NCBI RefSeq assembly: GCF_000372725.1
Contig: NW_005202428.1
Location: 1,163,331 to 1,227,330 of the forward strand
Length of the DNA stretch: 64,000 nucleotides
Reading direction: 5' to 3'
DNA from: Emiliania huxleyi CCMP1516
Taxonomy: Eukaryota
Below, piece after piece: positions 36,101 to 47,679 of the stretch (position 1 is the stretch's first letter; every line of letters starts with the position of its first letter). The notes under the pieces were generated by a model. The model saw nothing but the letters and a program-made list of their open reading frames with translations. It searched no databases and was not told where the DNA came from. Made by a program: the position numbers and the translations under genes.

Positions 36101-37584
36101 ATGTCCATCGCGGTGTCGGCAAGAGCACTGTTCCGGTCGCCAGTGCCGGTGGCTGCGCTGTTCCGGTCGCCGGCTCGGCGCGTGAGCACGGCCGATACGG
36201 TGACGGTCACAGTCGCCGAGGCTCAGTCGAAAACGGCTGCGGCGATGCGCAAGATCGGCTGGGACGCCGAGGACGCAGCGCTCCAAGCGGTGCGATCTCT
36301 CTCACATCTGACACCTTGACTCTCATGATCGACGACTCTCACGACCAGAGCTGTGCGCCCGCCGCAGGAGATCATGACGGCGGCAGAGCTTTGCGGCAAC
36401 AACCAGGGCCTCGTCAAGATGTACAACCCGTCGCTGATGGCGCCGTCGCCCGGCGCCGCAAAGCCAACGATCGAGCGGGAGACGCCCACCTCGGCAGTGG
36501 TCAATGCGAACCAGTCGCCGGGGATGCTCGCGGCGGTCAACGCCGCCGACTTGGCGCTGCAGAAGCTGCGCTCACAGGACGGACCGATCGCCATCGTCAC
36601 GGCGTACAACACTTCCACGTCAAGCGGGCAGCTCGCCTTCTACTGCGAGCGGATGGCGCGGCAGGGCGCCATCGGCATCGCCCTCGCCAACTCGCCGGAG
36701 TTTGTCGCCGCCGCGCCCGGTGGCAAGGTTTGTGCACACTTCTCATCTGGATCACACATACGCAGACCCCCCAGTCCGGCCCCCCTCTGCCTCAGCCAAT
36801 TTTTGGCACAAATCCCGTCGCCTTTGGCATTCCGCAAGCGGCGGGCCCGCCTCTCACATTCGACATGGCCACCTCGGCGATCGCGCTCTTCGGCGTGCTC
36901 ACCTCCAAGGCCAAGGGCGAGCCGCTGCCCGAAGGAGTCGCTTACGGCCGCGACGGCGGCTTCACGACTGACGCGTCCGAGGCGCTCATCGGGGGTTGCC
37001 AACCTCGGGTCTCGGCGAGTCTCGGAAGATCTCCAGAGTTTCTTCAGGCGCTCGAGGGCGGCGCCATCGCGACCTTCGGCGGGCACAAGGGCGCCGGCCT
37101 CTCGCTCTGCGTCGAGCTGCTGGCGGGTGTGCTCAGCGGTGGGGCGGTGGTCGGCCAGTGCGAGTCGAAGAAGCTTGCAAAGAGCTGGGGGTGCGTCTTT
37201 AGCCGCGGGGAATACGCGGGGGCCTCCCCCCGGCAGAGATCAGCCGAGTTTGCTCCCGAGATCCCCCCCCCCCCCCCCTTCTCGTGCAGACACACGATGA
37301 TTGCCATCCAGCCGGACCTCCTCGTCGACGGCTTCGAGGCCAAGGCAGCGGCGGTCCTCGCGGCGACCAAGGCGAGACACGCCGGAGCGGCAGATGAAGC
37401 GCGCTGTGGTTTCTCACGGTCGCTTCGTGGTCTCGGCTAGGCTTCCGGCCCGTCGATCCGCTTGCCCGGCGAGTCGTCGGCGCGGACAGCGGCGGAGCGT
37501 ACTGCCGCAGACGCGCTGCCCATCCCCAAGCAGATATGGGAGTCGATCTGCCGCACCGCGGAGCACGGCTTGCCCGAGCAGTGA
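36101..37584 (+). CDS. Type-2 malate/L-lactate dehydrogenase family (Ldh_2; ComC/AllD/YbiC-like) oxidoreductase, 6 exons, probable mitochondrial presequence
   Basis: PIFGTNPVAFGIP, FDMATS, FGGHKGAGLSLCVELLAG, IRLPGE. Confidence 0.9.
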
Positions 37585-39545
37585 GCCGAGAGGGCGCAGC
37601 TCGTGGTATGCAAGGCCTCGGCTGTGCGCCGTGTGCGGCATGGTGGGTACGAGGGATGTGTGCTGCATGGCATGCGCATGACGCGGTCCGTGCGCGCGTG
37701 TTGCTCCGTCACAGTTACAATACACACACATACCATACACATACACATATGTCATTGCGGTATTGAAGTGTTCTTTGGCACTTATTTAGGTACCTCTTAT
37801 TAAAGCTACATTCACTGACAAAAATCTTTGCAGAGTTTTCAAACTGCGTGTGGTCCGCCCCCGTGTCTCGCGTGTGGACAGAGTAACTCACTCGCTACTG
37901 GGCTGGGTGTTTTTAGCATTCATCTTTCATGGGCATTGTGGGGTTGGCACTCCCATCGATCCTCGTGACCTCCTGCGGTCTCTGAGATGGACACCAGTGG
38001 GTGTGGGACCACAGCCAGGGTACACTCGAAGGCTGGGTAAGCAGTAGAGGTCGATACTCGACGCGTCCCACATGGTCTGTGTCGCTGTCGGCACGCTGTC
38101 GACAGGACGTCGAGCGACACCGGTGGCAGTGCCACCCAGGAGTGGTCGGTCGGTCTCCCGTCACGAGAGAGCCACCATGTGATCCGTATGATGATTCCTG
38201 ACAACCGCCTCAGTCAACTTTCGTCACAGTTCCCGCTCTGAGAGGAGCTGCGGGTCAGTTCGACAGCTGGAGCTGTGTCGCCGGCGACCCGGCGTGCGGC
38301 GGCCTGCCTCCGGAGGTGCCTCTGAGGTGGACATTTTTTGGTCACCGTGAGAGAACGCGTTCGAATTTTCACTCCGGAACTTCAACTCCGCACGCGCACC
38401 GGCCAGGGCTACAATAGTGCCAGTGAGGCGGAGGCCGAGTCGGAAGAAGGCCGCGACCGTGATTTGGTCCCTCCACTGAGTCGGAAGGCCGCGACCGTCA
38501 AGTGTTCCCTCCATTTCCCTACTGTTGCGGCCTAAAGTCTGTGCAGGTTGGAGCGAAAAAAAGAAAGAAAGAAAACAGACAACCCAAGGGGGGGATGGGA
38601 GCGACAGCGACAGTCGCACGCGCCGCGCTTTCTTTGTTTGAAGTAAAAAGTCGAAGCAGAGCCCGTAGCCCGATCCCGATCATCCGGCCCGCTGGATGCG
38701 CTTCTCAGCTCACCGGCCCTGGATGTGAGGTTACCGAATGCACTCCAAGTGCTCCAAGCAGAGCGGCGTCGGCGTTGATCTTAGTTTTCCTCCCTCGTAC
38801 CGCCCGTCCGGTACCGCTCCGGGATGCACGCCGGCGAAGCACCATCAAGCTGCTGTACGGCCCCGGCATCGCCTTCCCAGGCTTAGCTAGACTGAGAGAT
38901 ATTGTGCACATGGATCATGGTCAGTCTCTACAATATACTCACTGACACTTTACCTTCCAGAGCTCGTCCCGGTCCGTCACGGCCATCCTCGGCCTCCGGA
39001 GGGCCCCTGGCCGCGACGCGGTACTTGGCGCGGTGCGGCGGCGTCACAAATCCGACCACAGAGCACCGGGACGCGGCCGGGCGATCTGAGGCCCGACTAG
39101 GCGTATGCATTGCCTATCCAGGGCTATCACTTCCTATCAACAGGCGCCTGCGGCGCCGTGGTCAGGAGCTGCTGTTCACACCTGCACAGACTTTGATACG
39201 GCACAATCGCTGTGAACCCAGCCACGTACGTACTCAGTACACACGAGTAGGTGACAGTCGCCCGCGGTTGACGGTTAATTCCCGAACAAGAATTCTTTCC
39301 TGAAGAAGAAAACTGCTGAACAAGTTCCTCTTGTAGCTCGATCGGTCACACCGCCATCGCCGCCGACGTCTCCCAGACGGTCTCAGACCTACATTCTATA
39401 TTCCAGAATGGCATTCTATAATATAGAACGGCCAGGTAGGGCTGAGACCGCAGAGTGAGACGATGGAGAGGGGGGACGACACTGCTTCAGCAGCGTGCAC
39501 CTCGATCCTGTACCGTGTTTGTTATGCCCCCCCCCCCCCCCCCCC

Positions 39546-40988
39546 ATGAACACACCAGCGAGGGAGGGCGATACGATCGAGGGGTCCCGTATCCAGTGCT
39601 CAAGTGCTCAAGAAGAAAAGAATTTATTCGGTCAAAGAATCGCTCGAAATGAATGTTTCCGGCTTGGAGGCGGACTCTCCGGCTTCGATCAAACCCAGCG
39701 CGCCGGCAGCAGCGCAAGGGCCGGCATGGGGTACGATAGAGCGCTTCTGGGCGAGTTCACGCCGCCCGCCGGGAGTGTCACGGCGCTCTCCTCCAGTGCC
39801 ACGCTCTTCAAGGCGGTCGTTGGCACAGGCATCTTCGCTCTGCCTCCCGCGATCCGTGAGGTGGGCTGGCTGGCCGGGAGCGTGATGGTGCTGCTCATTG
39901 CAGGGCTGAGCGCCTACACGATGAGCCTCGTCGTGAGCTGCGTGCAGGAGCTGAGGCGCCGCGGCCACAAGGGCGTCGGCGCCGGCGGCGCCATCGAGTT
40001 CACCGACCTGACCGCCTTCGTCTTCCCGGGCCTCAACCGGCCGATCCTATTTGTCTGCCTCATCGCCAACTACGGCGCCATCCTCGGTTTCTTCGACTTC
40101 GCCGTGGCTAATCTGCTTACCCTCACGCCCTTCCTCTCGCGCTGGCAGCTCATCCTCGCCATTGTTGCGTTCGAACTGCCCCTCTCCCTCCTGCGGTCCA
40201 CGTCTCACCCTGTCTTCAAGCTTGCGATGACATTTGGCAATCTGGCGGTAGCTGCGGCGTGCGCGAGCGTCGTCTATTCCGGCGCGATGTCCACTGAGCC
40301 TAGGCCCCTCAGCACGCTCCCGGCCTACGACAGCAGCGGCCTAGGCCTCGCCTTTGGGGTCTGCATCTTTATGTTTGCGGCTCACATGGAGTGCGTCAGC
40401 ATTGAGCAGGACATGCGCACCCGGCGCAATTTCCACACGATGCTGCTCTGGACCTTCGTCGTCATCGTCGTGCTACACCTCGCCTTTGGGATCTTCATCT
40501 ACAGCTGCTTCGGAGAAGCTGTCGGCCGCGAGTGGAAGGACGGCCACTGGGTCGACGCCACAATCTTGCAGAACGTCGGCGAGAATAGTGCAGTCAAGCT
40601 GGCCATGAGCGCCAATCTCTTGCTCATGACGCCAATGACGCTGCTTCCCGTCTCCAAGGCCATTGAGGACGCCTTCGGCGTCCACCAGAGCTACCGCCCG
40701 GTCGCATATAGCCGCTGCACTCGGCTTGGCCTCATCGCGTCGTTGGGTCTGCTCGCGGCCGTGCTATCCAGCTTTGAGGGCGTCTGCGCGCTCGTTGGCT
40801 GCCTCACAGGGCTGTCGTGCTTCACGGTGCCCGCTGCCTGCTACCTCCACATCTTCTCCCACCGTCTCGGCTCCCTCCGCCGGGTGTGGTTCGTGGGCCT
40901 GGTCTTGTTCGGCCTAGTTGGCACTGCCTTCTCCGCCGTGCAGGTTGTGGTTGGCATGGTCGCAGCGCAATCCCAGCCGGCTCAGTGA
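39546..40988 (+). CDS. Intronless amino-acid transporter (Aa_trans/AAAP family); alternative start 39726
   Basis: LFKAVVGTGIFALP.A...GW..G; FMFAAH; about 11 TM segments. Confidence 0.9.
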   Translation: MNTPAREGDTIEGSRIQCSSAQEEKNLFGQRIARNECFRLGGGLSGFDQTQRAGSSARAGMGYDRALLGEFTPPAGSVTALSSSATLFKAVVGTGIFALPPAIREVGWLAGSVMVLLIAGLSAYTMSLVVSCVQELRRRGHKGVGAGGAIEFTDLTAFVFPGLNRPILFVCLIANYGAILGFFDFAVANLLTLTPFLSRWQLILAIVAFELPLSLLRSTSHPVFKLAMTFGNLAVAAACASVVYSGAMSTEPRPLSTLPAYDSSGLGLAFGVCIFMFAAHMECVSIEQDMRTRRNFHTMLLWTFVVIVVLHLAFGIFIYSCFGEAVGREWKDGHWVDATILQNVGENSAVKLAMSANLLLMTPMTLLPVSKAIEDAFGVHQSYRPVAYSRCTRLGLIASLGLLAAVLSSFEGVCALVGCLTGLSCFTVPAACYLHIFSHRLGSLRRVWFVGLVLFGLVGTAFSAVQVVVGMVAAQSQPAQ

Positions 40989-41517
40989 GGCCGTGGCACT
41001 TTTGCGCGATCGGAGACACGGCCGTGCGGCTGCACGTGCTGCTGGGCGAGCACCAAAGAGAGTTCTCTGGGTCAGGGGGGGGGGGGGGGACTGCGAGCCC
41101 GAGGGCCGAGGGGCGCGAGGCCGAGGGGTGGAGGGGGTCGGAGCGCTGCACGGGGGCGTCCTGCCTCCTGCGTCCTGGGGGCGTTTCACCGTGTCGCGCC
41201 GCGCGGGCCGCGGCGGGCCGGCAGCTAGTGTGTCTCGAGAGATGGTGATGGACAATATCTCAAATAAAAAGAGGTATTTTCGTACATTCTTCGCGCGCAA
41301 CATCGTCGAACACATCGTAGATCGGCCTCTATCAGTCTCCCCCGTGCGTGGCCGAGCACAGGCCACGTCGGGGTGTCGTCGGCTGAGAACTCCGAACCCG
41401 GGTCTCAGTCACCCCAACGCAACCCTCGAACTCGCAACGACTGCGCAACCCGACACCCGCGGCATGCGGGGTTGCGGGCCGTCCGTCCCGACTGTGTGAC
41501 CAGAGCGCTGAGACGAT

Positions 41518-42929
41518 CTAAAGCGCCTCCAGGATTCGCGCTATCAAAGCGGCCTTCACGCCGGTGGCGACGAGGCCGCGGCGCTCGCACTCGCTGCGCA
41601 GCTCTGCCACCTTCAGCGCCTTGAGCCGCTTCTGCGCAGCCTCCCTGTCCTCCGCGGCGGCAGCTTCTGGCTCCGCTTCGCTGGCGGCAGCTTCTGGCTC
41701 CGCTTCGCTGGCGGCAGCTTCTGGCTCCGCTTCGCTGGCGGCAGCTTCTGGCTCCGCCGCCTCGCTGGCAGCTTGGGCGGGCGAAGGGGCCGGCGCGGGC
41801 GCAGCCTCGGCGACGGCTCGGCTGCGCTTCTTCGACTGCCGCTCGCTGGAAGGGGCCTCGGCGGGCCTTTCCTCCTCGGCAGCGGCGACACCGACGGACT
41901 CAGCGGCGCCCTCCGTCCCGTCACCCCCCGCTGGCGCGGCATCGGCGGAGGCCGCCTCGGTGGAGGCGGTATCGCCGGCTGCGGCGGGCAGCGCAGAGGC
42001 GAGCGGCTCCACCTTGGAGAGGCGAGGGGTGGCGAGGGGTGCGTGGCGAGGGGTGCGTGGTGAGAGGGGAGTGGCGCGTGGTACGTGTGGCAAGGAGGGA
42101 GTGTGAGTGGGCGAGTGGTGAGTGGGGGAGTGAAGGAGGGGGGTGGGGGAGAGGGGGAGTGGGAGCGGCGAGCAAACCTCGCGGAGAGCCTATGGGACGT
42201 GTCTCGGACATGTCATGGACGTGTGATGGACATGTCGCGCCTCTGTCGTCTCGCGGGAGCCGAGAAGCCCTCGGAGCCAAAGACACAGACGGGGGTGTCG
42301 GCGGGCAGGGCCCCTTGCTCGACCCACGCCGTCATGGTTGCGAGGCCGTACGGCCCCTGCACCGCGCCTGCCCGCGGAGCAGCACACAGCGTGAGGAGGC
42401 GCGGTACCGGGGGAGGGGGAGAGGGGGAGGGGGAGGGGGGAGGGGGAGGGGGGGACGCTAGCCCGAAGGGTCGCCGTAGAAGAAGCGTTGCTCTTCCGCC
42501 CCTCCGCCCTCCTCCGCCCCTCCGCCCTCCGCCGCCTCGCCCTCCGCCGCCTCGCCTCCCTCCTCCTCCTCCTCCTCCTCGTCCGAGTCGTCCGAGTAGG
42601 CAACGAGAGGCGCAGTCTGCGCGCCGCGTGCCGCCGCCGCCGCGGGAGGCTCCCACTGAGTCAGACCTGCTCACAGCTCGGCGTGTGAACAGACGCGGTC
42701 CGCAGCCGGACGCGTGCCTCTCGCGGCGCTGGCCGAGGGCGGCGTTTGAATAGTAGTAGCAGCCGTGCGCCGCCGACCACTCCGCCACCCAGCCGCCCCC
42801 CAAGGCCGTCCGCGAGGCGGCCGCCGCATGCGCCGCCGCCGCCGCCGCCGCCGCCGCCTCCCGGCTCTGGCGCAGCTCTCGTGCGCCGACCAGCGTGATG
42901 CGCTGGCCGGTTGGCGTGTAGTGGCTCAG

Positions 42930-42961
<32 letters not shown>

Positions 42962-43748
42962 GGAAGAGGAGGGCGGCGTAGCCGTCGCGGGTCGAGGTGA
43001 CCGACTCGACGTTGAAGGGGGCGAAGATGCGGCTGAGCGTGTTCGTCCCGTACGACCCCTCCCCGAGCGGGGCGCACAGCGTGCGCGCCTCGTCAAACCT
43101 TGCGACGCCGTGCTGGCCGCGTGCGTGCCCCGTCGCGGGTGCGGCCTGGCGCGGCGGAAGCATCCCGGAGCGGCCGTCGTCCGCCCGCCACGTGCGAGAC
43201 CCCTCGTCGATGAGCACGCCGCTCCGCTTGAGCGAGTCACGCAGCGCGTCGGCGCCGCGAAAGTCGCGCGCAGCCTTGGCCGTCTCCCGCCGCAGCAGCA
43301 TCGACAAGACCTGCTCGTCGCCGAGTGGCGGGCCGCGCGGCGGGGGCGCGCCGCCCGCCCCGCCCGCCGCCCCCGCCGGCTGCGACTCCGCCACCTTGCT
43401 CAGCGTGATCGTGCAGCCGTGCAGCTCGCGGCTCTGCAGCTCGACCAGCGCCTTGTCTCGCTCGCCCCCAAAGCGGAACTGCACGACGGCGGAGCCGCGG
43501 CCGCGCTCGAGCTGCACGCTGTCGACCGTGGAGTAGAAGCGCGAGAAGAACTCCTCCACCTGCGCCGCGCTCACGCTGGCGACGAGCCCGCTCACGCGGA
43601 GCCGGGCCTGCTGCTTCTCACCCGCCCTCTCCTTCTTCTGGCCGGCGCCGTCGGCGGCAGGCCTGAACCACGCGTGGACGGCGCCCATGTTGCTGCCGGA
43701 CGCGTCGATGCTGCTGCCCATGTTCGGGTTGCCCGCGGAGCGAGGCAT
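41518..43748 (-). CDS. Multidomain RNA-binding protein: RRM, CysRS anticodon-binding-like domain, degenerate RRM, WW, GYF, SAP; multi-exon
   Basis: LRVSGL..SAVVQF (RRM); RRETAKAARDFRGADALRDSL...GVLID; GW...YYYSN...|TQWEPP (WW); FFYGDPS|GAVQGPY....M.AW..QG (GYF); LKVAELRSECERRGL..TGVKAALIARI (SAP). Confidence 0.8.
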
Positions 43749-44077
43749 GTTGGTAGGGAAGGGGCTGGGAGATCGAGGGAGAGCAGTGAGCGCCAGGGCA
43801 GCGCGGCTTGCGAAATACAGAAAAAGAATTCCCCACGGGGTCATCCGGCCAAATCCCTCCCTTGATGCACGCCCTGCGAGCGGGGCGGGGTGCGCACTGT
43901 CCCTCTGTGTTCGTGTGCGTCGCCCATCTCTCCCTGGAGATGACTGCTCTATTTATTCCCTCGCTTTTGCAAAATCCTGCAAAGGTGGGGACGTGTCTGT
44001 CCTCGACCCAGCCCTAGCTTGGGATGTCCGTTGTATTTATTCCATCTCACAGTAGAGAGGTGTCCGTTTTTATTTAT

Positions 44078-44922
44078 TCACATCTTCTTCGCGTCAAGCT
44101 GGCCATCCTCCGTAAATGCCACCTCCTGGTTGCACCACGTGGGACAGGCAAGCCCCTTGTGCCGCTCCTCGCGCCGCTTGTTGTTCTTGGTCGACTCGTG
44201 AGAGATCATCACGCCCGGCTTCTGGTCCGGGTCGTCGTCGGTCGGAGCAAGCTTGCGCACGTTTTTCCGATCGAGAAGGAAGTAGTCGTGCGCCCGATCG
44301 CCATGGACAGTGCCCCCCTCTAGGTACAGCCCCGCTGACATCTCGCGTTGCGACGTCGGGTCGATGTGCTTGATCATCTCGTTGAAGACGCCAGTCGTCA
44401 GCGCCGGCGGCAGCCGCTTCTCCACACGCGCTACGGGCAGCTCACTCTGCACGTACTTCATCACAGCCGCAGTCCACCCGTCGTACATCGGATTGGCCAC
44501 GTTCACGCCTGGCCAGCGTCGCAGCTCCTCCTTGACCCAAATGCGCAATGCCGTCGCGTACTGCTGGATGCTCTGCAGCTTGAAGGGATCGTCTTTGTAT
44601 GGCCCCACCCAAACTTCCCCTTCTTCTCGAGCGGCATCTGGACCTCCGCCTGCGAGCGGCCATGGAGCGCCGTGGCGTACAGCTCCGTGTTAGCTCGCAG
44701 CTCCCTGCATCCGCCCTTCTCCACATCGCCGGTCATCATGCCGATGCAGAACTCAATCCACGCCTCCACCGCAAACACACGCGGAAGCCCGGTGACCGCA
44801 TCAACGATGATCTCCAGCTTGGCGAGGCCGTTTTCCATCACCACCTTGCAGAAGGACGGATACCCCTGCTTTTGAAGCCACGCATCGAAGCCCAGCACCC
44901 GCTTCTCGTACTGCGCGCTCAC
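44078..44922 (-). pseudogene. Frameshifted, C-terminally truncated tyrosine recombinase (Crypton/DIRS-type relic)
   Basis: Y.KR..GF.AW; SIQQYATALR..; GLYL....HGDRAHDYFLL....V (box I Arg); GVMISHESTKNN (catalytic Lys); frameshift near 44608; stops before HxxR and Tyr. Confidence 0.6.
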
Positions 44923-45614
44923 CCGCTGCTGCCGCTCCTATAAAGACAACCACACGTGTGAGCCTAAGGGAGCGGCGTGCTCTGCCCGCACCGCCGCACC
45001 ATCACGCGCCTTGCCTTGGAAGCTGCCTGCCTGGAGCCACACCTGGAACTTGCCGTGGTGCTCGGCGTCATTTGCTTAGTCCTTGCGTTGCGGCATCGAT
45101 GCGACCGACAAAGAGCCCGCTGGGGTCTCCCTTGCGATTGCCTCGGTGCCCCGCCAGCGTGCTTTTGTCATCATGCTGTCGTGCCTCTCCGCAGCCGCCG
45201 CGCTACCGCGGCCTCCGCCGCGGAAGGTGGCCCGCGCCTTCGCGAATCCCGTCTTGCGGCTTTTGCCGGATGCCCACCGCTTGGCCTCATTGCGGGGGCG
45301 GCCACCGGGCCGTGCCGTGGCCGCCCCCGTAGCTCGCGAAGCTGCGAACCGGGCTGCGTCCACTGCGCCGCGCCGGCGCGCCGCGACCGTCGGCCCCCGG
45401 ACTCGGTTTTTCGCGGCCTGCGCCGGAGAGTTGGCGGTCGTGTGCTGGGTGGTGATCGTCATCTGTCTGCTCTGCTGTGCTTCTCGCTCGTGCGTCCTTG
45501 GAAGTTGTGCTGACCTCCTTTCACCTCCTGCTCTCCTATGCCACGTGGCTGTGTGTGTTTGGGTTTCTATGTTTGCGATTTGGATTTTGGATTTTCCATT
45601 GCACTTTGTTTATT

Positions 45615-46030
45615 TATTTATTCCCTCCCTTGGCTTGTCTGTTTTCTTTCTTTCTTTCTTCAAATCCCTGTGTGGTAGTGTCTGTTCTTTTTCTTTCCGG
45701 CCCGCTGGGTGCGCTTCTTAGCTCCCCGGCCCTGGATGTGAGGTTACTCACTGCACTCCAAGTGCTCCTTTCGCACACGACACTAACCCTAGGCACGGGA
45801 CTCGGCGAGGGACCACTGCGAAGGGAGATAGAAAGAGGCAGACGGCCAAGGGTTAGGGTGGGCGACGGCTACGCGTACGGGCTAGCACCCGACACTCCTC
45901 TCCTTAAATAAAAATTAAAATCCCTGTGTGGTGGCGGCGTGCCGTCCTCCCCTCGCTCCCTTGGCTTGTCCGTTTTCTTTCTTTCTTTTAGGCAGGGGAC
46001 TGGCGCGCACACACTGGCACTAACAAGAAA
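45615..46030. repeat. Cluster of R1, R2, R1, R3 modules
   Basis: Matches 9825-10015, 33862-33933 and 33700-33735. Confidence 0.85.
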
Positions 46031-46212
46031 AAGATGAATCTCCCGCCTCCATAGCGGCCGCGGCCAGCTCCGCGCCGCCGCCGCGGCTTTCGCCACACCG
46101 CCGCCGCGCCCACCCTCGGGCTCGCCCCGCCGTGACGCCGAGCCAAATCCTCTCCTCGTTGAGCCCGCGAGAAGCCGGACCATCCCCTCCTTGTCCAACT
46201 GCGCGGGCTTTC

Positions 46213-47631
46213 TCACGGCCCCGGCGACCACACCTCGATCTTCTTGGGCAGCAGCTGGTTCGACAAGTCCTCTCCGTGGCCTAGGCTGCCATATTCACCC
46301 TTGCCCCAGCTCCAGACAGCGCCTTCGGCAGTGTTGGCGAGGCTGTGGTAGCCTCCAGCCGACAGAGCGACGACGCGCTGCCCAGCCAAGGCCTCGACCT
46401 TCTTGGGCAGCAGCTGCTTCTGCTCATCGCCGTGGCCTAACCGGCCGTTGCCTCCACCGCCCCAGCTCCAGAGGGCGCCGTCGGCGGTGAGGACAAGGCT
46501 GTGCGCCATTCCAGCCGACACAGCGACGACGCGCTGGCCAGCAAAGGCCTCGATCTTCTTCGGCAGCTGCTGCTGCTGCTGGTCGCCGTGGCCAAGCTGG
46601 CCAAGGCGTCCATCGCCCCAGCTCCAGACGGCTCCGTCAGCGGTGAGGGCGAGGCTGTGCCATGCTCCCGCCGACACAGCCACGACGCGCTGGCCAGCCA
46701 AGGCCTCGATCTTGTTCGGCAGCAGCTGCTCCTGCTCGTCGCCGTGGCCCAGCTTGCCAAAGAAGCCATCGCCCCAGCTCCAGGCGGCGCCGTCGGCGGT
46801 GAGGGCGAGGCTGTGCTGGCCTCCAACCGCCACACCGAGGACGCGCTGGCCATCAAACGCCTCGACCTTCTTGGGCTCCAGCTGCTCCTGCCCGTCACCG
46901 TGGCCCAGCTGGCCATAGGCTCCATAGCCCCAGCTCAAGACAGCGCCGTCGGCGGTGATGGCCAGACTGTGGTGCTCTCCAGCCGTAACAGCGACGACGC
47001 GCTGGTCAGCAAAGGCCTCCACCTTGTTCGGCAGCAGCTGATTCTGCTCGTCGCCGTGGCCCAGCTGGCCAAAGCCTCCTACGCCCCAGCTCCAGACGCT
47101 GCCGCCGGCCGTAAGGGCGAGGCTGTGCCCGCCTCCAGCCGCCACGCTCACAGCGCGCTCTCCCAGCGTCGAGGGAAGGCGGGTCGGCGTATTGAGCCGC
47201 GTCACGCCCTCGCCGTGGCCGAGGACCCAGGGACTGTTCGCTGAACCGCACGACGAGAGCCGCCCCTCGCCGTCGATGAAAAGGCTGTGCGTAAAGCCTG
47301 CAGACGCCCTCGCCGGCGGGTTGGCCTCGCGCAGCAGCGCCGAATAGCACAGCCACCGCACGACGCAGCCCTCGCCCTCTGGCAGCGCCGGCAGCTCGAA
47401 GCCGCGCTCTTGCGCCCACAAGCGGATGCCCTCCTCCGCAAGCGAGGCGTGAAAGAGCAGCGAGACGGCCGCGACGCGAGCGATGTCGACGGGGACGCAG
47501 CGAGAGAGGGCGCGCGCGAGGAGCTCCGTGGGGAGGTCGAGGAGGCGGGTGGGCGGCGGCGTGTCTGGCGAGGGAGCGGCGGTGGCGGCGGTGGCGAGGC
47601 GGCGCGAGCGGCGGCGCGGCGGGGTGGACAT
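46213..47631 (-). CDS. Intronless F-box-like + RCC1-repeat beta-propeller protein (472 aa)
   Basis: LLDLPTELLARALS; about seven HSLALTADGAVWSWG.G..GQLGHGD repeats of 52 aa. Confidence 0.92.
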   Translation of the reverse strand: MSTPPRRRSRRLATAATAAPSPDTPPPTRLLDLPTELLARALSRCVPVDIARVAAVSLLFHASLAEEGIRLWAQERGFELPALPEGEGCVVRWLCYSALLREANPPARASAGFTHSLFIDGEGRLSSCGSANSPWVLGHGEGVTRLNTPTRLPSTLGERAVSVAAGGGHSLALTAGGSVWSWGVGGFGQLGHGDEQNQLLPNKVEAFADQRVVAVTAGEHHSLAITADGAVLSWGYGAYGQLGHGDGQEQLEPKKVEAFDGQRVLGVAVGGQHSLALTADGAAWSWGDGFFGKLGHGDEQEQLLPNKIEALAGQRVVAVSAGAWHSLALTADGAVWSWGDGRLGQLGHGDQQQQQLPKKIEAFAGQRVVAVSAGMAHSLVLTADGALWSWGGGGNGRLGHGDEQKQLLPKKVEALAGQRVVALSAGGYHSLANTAEGAVWSWGKGEYGSLGHGEDLSNQLLPKKIEVWSPGP

Positions 47632-47679
47632 CGCGTGAAAAGAAAAAGAAAAAACGAAAAAAGAAACAATCCCTGCTTC

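Noticed and set aside
37800..39400. Unexplained lower-GC intergenic stretch with short ORFs and weak IR
   Set aside because: No motif, TIR/TSD or convincing coding signal apart from the R1/R2 fragments
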